This document shows positions 58,090 through 64,000 of a stretch of 64,000 nucleotides of DNA, piece by piece. The stretch covers positions 442 through 64,441 of the forward strand of contig JBBRPE010000003.1 of assembly GCA_038228545.1 (NCBI GenBank), given 5' to 3'. Under the pieces are notes generated by a model. It made no database searches. It worked only from the letters and a program-made list of their open reading frames with translations, and was not told where the DNA came from. The position numbers and the translations under genes were made by a program. Source of the DNA: Minisyncoccia bacterium (lineage in GTDB: Bacteria; Patescibacteriota; Minisyncoccia; Phycocordibacterales; Phycocordibacteraceae). How positions within the stretch are numbered: the stretch's first letter is position 1; each line of letters starts with the position of its first letter.

Positions 58090-60489
58090 ATGTCACGGGT
58101 AGCAAAGAAAATACTCCTTATCGTCGAGTCGCCTGCCAAAGCGCGGACTATTCAGCAGTACCTCGGAAAAGACTACGAAGTACTTGCTTCCGTGGGCCAC
58201 GTGCGCGATCTTCCGAAGAGCAATAAGGACGCGGTTGATATAGAAGACGGCTTCAAGCCACGCTATGTCGTGTCACCCGATAAACGAGACGTTATCGAGA
58301 AAATTAAGAAGGCTGCCGAGCACGCATCAGAGGTGTATCTTGCGACAGACCCCGACCGCGAAGGCGAAGCTATTTCCTGGCACATTCAACAGGCCGTTGG
58401 GCTTATATCTCCGAAGCGAGTTGTATTCCACGAAATTACGAAAGCAGCCGTTGAAGAAGCTATTGCGCATCCACGCACCATTGATCAAAAGATGCGCGCT
58501 GCCCAGGAAGCGCGCCGCGTGCTCGATCGCCTTGTGGGCTACGACCTTTCCGGTCTCATTTGGAAAAAGGTGCGCTACGGCCTTTCCGCCGGACGTGTGC
58601 AGTCGCCGGCGCTTCGCATACTTGCGGAACGTGAGCGTGAAATTAAGGCGTTCATACCAGTTACCTACTTTGTTATTGATGCACGTTTTAAAGCACATGG
58701 TGAGGAATTTCCCGCAGTGTGCTCAGTCGAGCCCGACAATGCCGCTGAAGCAACCCGTATCGTAACGCTTGGTGAGAAAGCTACGTGGAAAATTGCGAGC
58801 GTTGATGAGACTGCGCAGGAACGGCATCCTCGCCCGCCGTTCACCACGTCCACGCTCCAACAGGCGGCGTCGACACGTCTTGGCTTCTCACCAAGTCGTA
58901 CCATGCGCGCTGCACAGAAGCTCTACGAGGCGGGTCATATCACGTACATGCGTACCGACTCGGTAAATCTTTCACAAGAAGCGGTTGCAAAATTAGTCTC
59001 AACCGCTCGTGCAGAATTCGGCGATTCCTACGTGCAGGCGCGCACCTATAAGACGAAGAGTAAGAATGCTCAGGAAGCGCACGAGGCAGTACGTCCAACG
59101 GACCCAACCAAGGGGCACGCGGGAGCAGAGCCCGACCAGCACCGCCTCTACGAACTTATTCGCGTGCGTGCAATTGCGTCGCAAATGGCATCTGCGTCCA
59201 CCATTCGCACGAGTGTAAAAATCGAAGCTGACGCTGACATTCCACTTTTTAGTGCAAACGGTTCTCGCGTTGTCTTTCCTGGTTGGCTTGCGCTTGATAC
59301 GCGTGCTCGAGGAGAGGATGTAGAGCTTCCGAAGTTTACCCAGGGCGAAAAAGTAGACGTGATTACACTCGGCTCGCTCGAGAAACAGACCGAACCGCCG
59401 AACCGCTACACGGAGGCGGGTCTCGTGAAGGAGCTCGAGAAGCGCGGTATCGGACGCCCATCAACGTACGCGTCTATCATGAACACTATTGCTGCTCGTG
59501 GGTATGTAGAGAAAACCGGACGCACACTCACACCGACGGCAACCGGAATGGTGGTCTCCGGTTTCCTTGAAGAGCACTTCGCGGAATACATCAGTGACTC
59601 CTTCACGGCAGAAATGGAAAACGAGCTTGATGAAATTGCTCGCGGGGAGCGTGACTACGAGACAACGCTCCGCGATTTTTACACACCATTCAATAAAGCA
59701 GTCCACGCTAAGGACGATTTGCCGAAGGCAACGTCGCTCGGAGCCGTTGACCCGAAGTTCCCGTGCCCTATTTGTGGCGCACCGATGGAGTTCAAGCTTG
59801 GGCGCGGTGGCATTTTTATGAGCTGTACACGGTACCCAGAATGCACCGGTGCACGCCAAGAGGACGGTAGCGAGCTTAAGTCGGATGAGCCAATCGGTAT
59901 TCACCCGGACACTGGCGTACCTATATATGTAAAGACGGGCCGATTCGGTCCGTATGTAGAAATGGTCCTACCGACGGATGAGTCAGCGGAGCCAGAGCCA
60001 GTACTGCTTACCAAAGCGGGAAAACCTCGCAAGGTAAAAGCGAAGAAGCCGAAGATAAACGCGAAACGAGCGAGTGTGCCGGCCGGCGTTGATCCAACAA
60101 CAGTTACACTGGTGGACGCGGTTAAGTATCTTTCACTTCCCCGCGAACTTGGACGTCATCCAATCACGAACGAAATGATTAGTGCATCCACGGGGCGCTT
60201 CGGACCATTTGTTGCTCATAATGGTGAGTTCCGTTCCATTAAAAAAGCGGACCCGTATACAATTACACTTGAAGAAGCGATTACGCTTCTGAACGAACCG
60301 AAGCGTCCACCGAAGGGTGTCGACCTCGTGCGTGATGTCGGCAAGCACCCGAAGACCGGAAAGCTACTTACCCTCTACAAATCAAAGGCTGGCCACTTCC
60401 TTAAGAAAGGTCTCCGACGCGTCTACCTTCCGGAGAGTGTGAACCCGGACACGCTGACGGCTGAGGAGGCAGCAAGCTACCTCTCCTAA
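58090..60489 (+). CDS. topA: DNA topoisomerase I
   Basis: TOPRIM (LLIVESPAKARTIQQYLG), active-site region (GHITYMRTDS), and C-terminal zinc ribbons (CPICGAPM...CTRYPECTG). Start placed at the MSRVAKK Met. Confidence 0.97.
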   Translation: MSRVAKKILLIVESPAKARTIQQYLGKDYEVLASVGHVRDLPKSNKDAVDIEDGFKPRYVVSPDKRDVIEKIKKAAEHASEVYLATDPDREGEAISWHIQQAVGLISPKRVVFHEITKAAVEEAIAHPRTIDQKMRAAQEARRVLDRLVGYDLSGLIWKKVRYGLSAGRVQSPALRILAEREREIKAFIPVTYFVIDARFKAHGEEFPAVCSVEPDNAAEATRIVTLGEKATWKIASVDETAQERHPRPPFTTSTLQQAASTRLGFSPSRTMRAAQKLYEAGHITYMRTDSVNLSQEAVAKLVSTARAEFGDSYVQARTYKTKSKNAQEAHEAVRPTDPTKGHAGAEPDQHRLYELIRVRAIASQMASASTIRTSVKIEADADIPLFSANGSRVVFPGWLALDTRARGEDVELPKFTQGEKVDVITLGSLEKQTEPPNRYTEAGLVKELEKRGIGRPSTYASIMNTIAARGYVEKTGRTLTPTATGMVVSGFLEEHFAEYISDSFTAEMENELDEIARGERDYETTLRDFYTPFNKAVHAKDDLPKATSLGAVDPKFPCPICGAPMEFKLGRGGIFMSCTRYPECTGARQEDGSELKSDEPIGIHPDTGVPIYVKTGRFGPYVEMVLPTDESAEPEPVLLTKAGKPRKVKAKKPKINAKRASVPAGVDPTTVTLVDAVKYLSLPRELGRHPITNEMISASTGRFGPFVAHNGEFRSIKKADPYTITLEEAITLLNEPKRPPKGVDLVRDVGKHPKTGKLLTLYKSKAGHFLKKGLRRVYLPESVNPDTLTAEEAASYLS

Positions 60490-60498
60490 ATACTTCAA

Positions 60499-60530
60499 GG
60501 GCGCCGCATTCTGCGGCGCCCTTTTGGCTT
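60499..60530 (+). terminator. Rho-independent terminator of topA
   Basis: gggcgccgc-attct-gcggcgccc followed by TTTTGGCTTT, 10 nt after the topA stop. Confidence 0.8.
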
Positions 60531-60911
60531 TCAGGCTCTATTTGAGAGCATATGGTGCCTGAATTCCTCCAGACCACGGCTTGTTGTGGGCCTTCGGCAG
60601 TAGAGGCTCTGACACACTGCGAACCGGCGGTTGAGCGGGACCGAACTCCCGGTCAGCGCATTCGTCGCAAGTGAGGCGGACCAGCTCAGCGCTGGAACGA
60701 AGTACTGAAATGCAATGCGGTCGAGTGCAAATCTCAGGCATCGTCTTCCCCTAACCGAGCATAACTTGCGACGGATGGTCCGGCTCGTTTCCGGTTGCAA
60801 TAACCGTAGGCGTTTCATCAAAATGAGAGTCTTGTGGCTCTTCTGGTTCGGAGTGTTCTTCCGATTCTTGGATACTGGTCGTTCCCATGTTCCCTGTCCC
60901 TAGGTACTACT

Positions 60912-60934
60912 ATCTCTGCACGACGCAGAGATTT
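60912..60934 (+). promoter_or_regulatory. 5'-UTR hairpin immediately upstream of rel
   Basis: atctctgc-acgac-gcagagat, a perfect 8-bp stem about 30 nt before the rel start. Function unknown. Confidence 0.3.
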
Positions 60935-60963
60935 CGAGCCAAATGCTATACTGGCCCCGAGCT

Positions 60964-62607
60964 ATGACTACTGTCAAGGAAATTCTGGGCTCAATGAGCA
61001 ACCTGACGCCGACGGAAACGGCGCTAATCGAGAAGGCATACGTATTCGGCCTCAAGGCACATGATGGGCATAAGCGTTACTCTGGCGATCCCTATTTCAT
61101 ACATCCGTCCGCGGTCGCAAAATATCTCGCAGAATTTGGTATGGACGCAGAGACTATTGCTGCCGCACTTCTGCATGACGCGATAGAAGATGCGAAAGCA
61201 ACTTCCGAAGAAGTCGAGCGTGAGTTTGGGCCCGAAGTACTCTTCCTTGTTGAAGGCGTCACCAAGCTCGGTAAGCATAAATACCAGGGCGGTGAGCGTC
61301 ACGCCGAGTCACTTCGGCGTCTGTTGGTCGCTACTAGTGCCGACGTACGCGTACTCATCATTAAGCTCGCGGACCGGTACCACAACATGAGCACTATCGA
61401 GCATGTACCGGAGCACAAGCGTAAGCGTATTGCGCTCGAGACACTTGAAATATATGCACCTATCGCAGACCGTCTCGGTATCGGACGACTCAAGAAAGAA
61501 CTTGAGGACCTTTCGTTTCCTGCAGTAGACCCGGATGCGTATCAACATGCCGTCGAGGTTCGGAAGCTCAAGAGCAAGGAGTCCGAGGTAGGACTTGCAC
61601 GCGTACAGAAAGACTTGCGACACGCGCTGGTACGTAAAGATATAAAAGACTTCACAACCTCAATTCGCATGAAGGGTCTGTGGAGCCTACATCAAAAACT
61701 GAAGCGTAAAGACGACGACATCACGCAAATACATGACATCGCTGCTTTACGCGTTATTGTGCCGTCCGTAGACGACTGCTATAGGGTGCTGGGCGTCATA
61801 CACGCCCTCTGGAAGCCACTTCCGGGAGAATTCAAGGATTACATCGCCTTCCCTAAACCCAACGGCTATCAGTCGCTTCATACAACGGTACTCACTCCCG
61901 AAGCAGGTATTGTCGAGATGCAGGTGCGCACCCAAGACATGCATCAGCGCGCTCAGTTCGGTATCGCGTCACACATGTCATATAAAGCACTCGGGAAAGA
62001 AGCACCGAAGGGAGCCTTCCAAAAGATGTCGTTTCCATGGATTCGCGACCTACTTCCTACCCTTCTGAATTTCAAACGAGCAACACCCGCAGGTACGACC
62101 GTAAACGTGCCGGTTGCAACGACAAAACAGAAAGCAAAGGCAACGCACAAGGGCGGAGCAGACGTACCCCGCTGGCTTACTGAGCTAGCTGACGCACACG
62201 CGAGCGTTGCGGGCTCACAGGATTTCGTTGATGGCCTTAAGACTGATTTCTTCTCCCATCGCGTGTTCGTATTCACACCGCGCGGCGATGTTATTGACCT
62301 TCCGGTTGAATCCACCGCAGCGGACTTTGCGTATGCAATACATAGCTGGCTCGGCAATCACATGAATGGCGCAAAAGTGAACGGCAAGTTAGTGTCGTTC
62401 GATACACGACTACGCAACGGTGACGTTGTGGAAATTCTTACTCGTGAGTCAGCGCATCCGACGGCGAAATGGCTCGAGTATGCGAAAACCTCAATGGCGA
62501 AGCGCCACATACGCAATGCGCTTGAGCAGATGTCTCCGAAAGCCCCTGTCGTTCCGGAGCCGAAAGCTGCAAAGAAAAAGAAAGCAGCGAAGAAGAAGGC
62601 GAAGTAG
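60964..62607 (+). CDS. rel: Bifunctional (p)ppGpp synthetase/hydrolase Rel/SpoT (short form with Lys-rich tail)
   Basis: HD domain (HDAIEDAKATSEE), RelA/SpoT synthetase domain (YIAFPKPNGYQSLHTTV), TGS domain (VFTPRGDVIDLP). The C-terminus is PKAAKKKKAAKKKAK, with no ACT domain. Confidence 0.9.
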   Translation: MTTVKEILGSMSNLTPTETALIEKAYVFGLKAHDGHKRYSGDPYFIHPSAVAKYLAEFGMDAETIAAALLHDAIEDAKATSEEVEREFGPEVLFLVEGVTKLGKHKYQGGERHAESLRRLLVATSADVRVLIIKLADRYHNMSTIEHVPEHKRKRIALETLEIYAPIADRLGIGRLKKELEDLSFPAVDPDAYQHAVEVRKLKSKESEVGLARVQKDLRHALVRKDIKDFTTSIRMKGLWSLHQKLKRKDDDITQIHDIAALRVIVPSVDDCYRVLGVIHALWKPLPGEFKDYIAFPKPNGYQSLHTTVLTPEAGIVEMQVRTQDMHQRAQFGIASHMSYKALGKEAPKGAFQKMSFPWIRDLLPTLLNFKRATPAGTTVNVPVATTKQKAKATHKGGADVPRWLTELADAHASVAGSQDFVDGLKTDFFSHRVFVFTPRGDVIDLPVESTAADFAYAIHSWLGNHMNGAKVNGKLVSFDTRLRNGDVVEILTRESAHPTAKWLEYAKTSMAKRHIRNALEQMSPKAPVVPEPKAAKKKKAAKKKAK

Positions 62608-62629
62608 TAGTTGCGGATTGTAGAAACGC

Positions 62630-63640
62630 TTACACGACGAAGTTTGAAACGGAGTACAAATCATCCTCAGGCTCAGCAACTATAGGCGCGTCAGCCGGAA
62701 TCTGTGTGGTGTTCGGATGTATCGGCATGTCACCGCTTACTACTTCCGCCACTGCTTCGGTAGCTTCAACACTCATTGCGAGTTGTGCCTCCTGACGCTC
62801 CGCGAGTATAGCGGCAATGTGCGAAAGGTCTTCCGGCGAGAAAAATTCAATGAGCACGCGTCCGCCCTGTGGACGATTTTCAATAAGCACACGGGTGCCC
62901 AGTGTTTCCGTCAGACTCTTCTCAAGCTCCATCATTTCGGGAGTCTTGTCGTGCTTGCGAATTTTATCGGTCGCTATACGGCGAGCAAGTTGCTCCACAA
63001 CACGAACTGAGCTTTTCTTCAAAACGATTTCTTTGAAAAGGGTGTCGCGTTCCGCTGGTCGGTCGTTCAACATCAACAATGCACGAGCATGACCCTCGGA
63101 GATTTCTTTATTTACTACGGACTGCTGAATGGCTTCCGGGAGTGCAAGGAGGCGTATGGAATTAGAAATATATTCGCGGCTACGGCCTATTTTTGCAGCC
63201 ACCTCAGTGTGCTGAAGTCCAAATTCTGCAACGAGCTGTTGGAATGCGGTTGCACGGTCTATTGCATTTAAATCTTCACGTTGCAGGTTCTCGATGATAG
63301 CGAGCTCAAGCTTCATCTTGTCGCTCTGTTCTCCCTGACGAATTACGACAGGTACTTCCCGAAGTCCTATAAGTCGCGAAGCGCGGAGGCGACGCTCGCC
63401 TGCTATGAGTTCGTAGGAAGTCTGTATGCCACCATCCGGTTTCTCTATTTCTTTTCGCGTGACGGTAAGTGGCTGGAGAATACCGTATTGGCGAATCGAG
63501 TCCGCGAGTGATTTGAGTGCGGATTCTTCAAATTCGTGACGAGGTTGGTAGGGATTCGCCTCAATACGATTAACTTCGACCCAATAGACGGAGTCGTACT
63601 TCGTTGGTTCGGTGTATTTGCCCTCGCTCATTTGCACCAT
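62630..63640 (-). CDS. parB: Chromosome partitioning protein ParB/Spo0J
   Basis: ParB-N motif YELIAGERRLRASRLIGLREVPVVI and an HTH. Start set at the Met at 63640 (MVQMSEGKY) because the track's upstream extension overlaps a tRNA-Leu gene. Confidence 0.85.
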   Translation of the reverse strand: MVQMSEGKYTEPTKYDSVYWVEVNRIEANPYQPRHEFEESALKSLADSIRQYGILQPLTVTRKEIEKPDGGIQTSYELIAGERRLRASRLIGLREVPVVIRQGEQSDKMKLELAIIENLQREDLNAIDRATAFQQLVAEFGLQHTEVAAKIGRSREYISNSIRLLALPEAIQQSVVNKEISEGHARALLMLNDRPAERDTLFKEIVLKKSSVRVVEQLARRIATDKIRKHDKTPEMMELEKSLTETLGTRVLIENRPQGGRVLIEFFSPEDLSHIAAILAERQEAQLAMSVEATEAVAEVVSGDMPIHPNTTQIPADAPIVAEPEDDLYSVSNFVV

Positions 63641-63694
63641 TGTAGCACCAGCAGGCGCTTTACTATCACGCTGTGCGTGAGTACGATGAGGAAA

Positions 63695-63775
63695 TTGCCG
63701 GGGTGGTGGAATGGTATACACGGTGGATTCAAAACCCGCTGCCGCAAGGCTTGAGAGTTCGAGTCTCTCCCCCGG
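63695..63775 (+). tRNA. tRNA-Leu (anticodon CAA), class II with long variable arm
   Basis: GCCGGGGUGGUGGAAUGGUAUACACGGUGGAUUCAAAACCCGCUGCCGCAAGGCUUGAGAGUUCGAGUCUCUCCCCGGCA. Perfect 7-bp acceptor, A73, anticodon loop UUCAAAA, variable stem-loop GCC-GCAA-GGC, T-arm GAGAG/UUCGAGU/CUCUC. CCA is not encoded. Confidence 0.88.
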
Positions 63776-63796
63776 CACAGATTTAAGCGAAGCTAA

Positions 63797-63952
63797 AAGC
63801 TGGGCCGGGGAGTACCTGGCCTTCGCCAGGTACGTGAGAGACTCGAAAGCCGGAGCGATGTTCGGCGAGCACGCCGAACCGCGAGGCGGGACTGCGACCT
63901 AGGCGAGTGACGACGAGCCTAGAGTTGTAGTCGAGAATGTACTCATGTTCTC
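63797..63952 (+). ncRNA. Candidate structured RNA of unknown class with tRNA/tmRNA-like end pairing (5'-GGGGAG…CUCCCCCACCA-3')
   Basis: Three internal hairpins (GUACCUGGC-CUUC-GCCAGGUAC, GUUCGGCG-AGCA-CGCCGAAC, CUAGGC-N12-GCCUAG) enclosed by GGGGAG/CUCCCC pairing, then ACCA. It directly follows tRNA-Leu and is followed by an intrinsic terminator. Confidence 0.3.
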
Positions 63953-63963
63953 TCCCCCACCAC

Positions 63964-63990
63964 AAATTGAAAAGCCCTGGCGGTTTCCCG
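63964..63990 (+). terminator. Rho-independent terminator
   Basis: gccctggcgg-tttc-ccgccagggc (10-bp stem) followed by TTT at the window edge. Confidence 0.7.
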
Positions 63991-64000
63991 CCAGGGCTTT

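Noticed and set aside
60531-60903. Track ORFs 60531..60821 (-), 60538..60741 (-), 60715..60903 (+)
   Set aside because: They are Arg/Cys-rich low-complexity translations of a GC-rich hairpin-dense spacer with no RBS, so the region is treated as non-coding or leader.
60531-60942. RNase P RNA on the minus strand
   Set aside because: Only weak resemblance to the P4 5'-strand (GGAAA…CCGG…CCAU) was found. No matching 3' P4 strand and no GGUAAGGGUGAAAGGGUG-type motifs were found.
63695-63775. Possible tRNA-Sec (UCA in anticodon loop, long variable arm)
   Set aside because: Careful numbering puts CAA at positions 34-36 with U33, a 7-bp (not 8-bp) acceptor and a normal D-arm. That makes it a class-II tRNA-Leu(CAA) rather than selC.
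63641-63778. N-terminal 46 codons of track ORF 62630..63778 (parB extension)
   Set aside because: It overlaps a complete tRNA-Leu(CAA) on the opposite strand, and the ParB homology begins after the internal Met at 63640.

Overview
This 64 kb window reads as a chromosomal segment from a small-genome bacterium with about 50% GC. The gene content and style (DUF5671- and DUF2177-like membrane proteins, short ATP-synthase delta and epsilon subunits, UvrC without its C-terminal HhH region) suggest a Patescibacteria/CPR-type organism. That assignment is inference only. Most of the window is housekeeping, largely on the minus strand:

- leuS (partial), ychF, and a complete F1Fo ATP-synthase operon (atpB-E-F-H-A-G-[extra ORF]-D-C)
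- cspA-like, mltG, TspO, a SWIB-domain protein, a NUDIX hydrolase, pterin-4a-carbinolamine dehydratase, ddl
- a uvrC … uvrA–response regulator–histidine kinase–uvrB cluster
- tgt, an FKBP isomerase, a Ca2+/H+ antiporter, an ECF sigma factor with an adjacent anti-sigma-like protein, rsuA, a CDF transporter
- dnaX, dus, ftsQ, serS, dprA, topA, rel, parB

Three tRNAs are recognisable: Ala(UGC), Gln(UUG) and Leu(CAA). The Leu(CAA) gene is hidden under an over-extended parB ORF call in the supplied track.

The accessory or unusual content worth a second look:

1. **T4SS-like module.** A minus-strand operon carries a VirB4-family ATPase, a 1120-aa bitopic protein with a His/Pro/Thr/Ser-rich tail, and a 99-aa protein. 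A holin-like membrane protein and a strong bidirectional terminator sit upstream. This is the best candidate for an undescribed transfer or cell-contact system.
2. **tRNA-Gln cassette island.** An AT-rich ~1.6 kb stretch lies immediately 3' of tRNA-Gln. A 5'-truncated tRNA-Gln copy is followed by three single small ORFs, each ending in a degenerate ~27-nt copy of the tRNA-Gln 3' end (att-like direct repeats).
3. **tRNA-Ala repeat region.** A 500-bp repeat-rich intergenic stretch next to tRNA-Ala contains two tandem ~95-nt palindromic units built from inverted tRNA-Ala 3'-half copies around GC hairpins.
4. **High-GC secreted protein.** An ORF at ~62% GC, with a consensus promoter, strong RBS and a signal peptide, looks horizontally acquired.
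5. **Structured noncoding candidates.** One lies upstream of ychF and ends in an intrinsic terminator. One lies after tRNA-Leu with 5'-GGGGAG…CUCCCCCACCA-3' closure and its own terminator. One is the long leader upstream of rel.
6. **Extra ORF in the atp operon.** A 148-aa ORF is wedged between atpG and atpD.

No CRISPR array, rRNA, transposase or integrase gene was seen. All family assignments come from motif reading and memory, not from searches.
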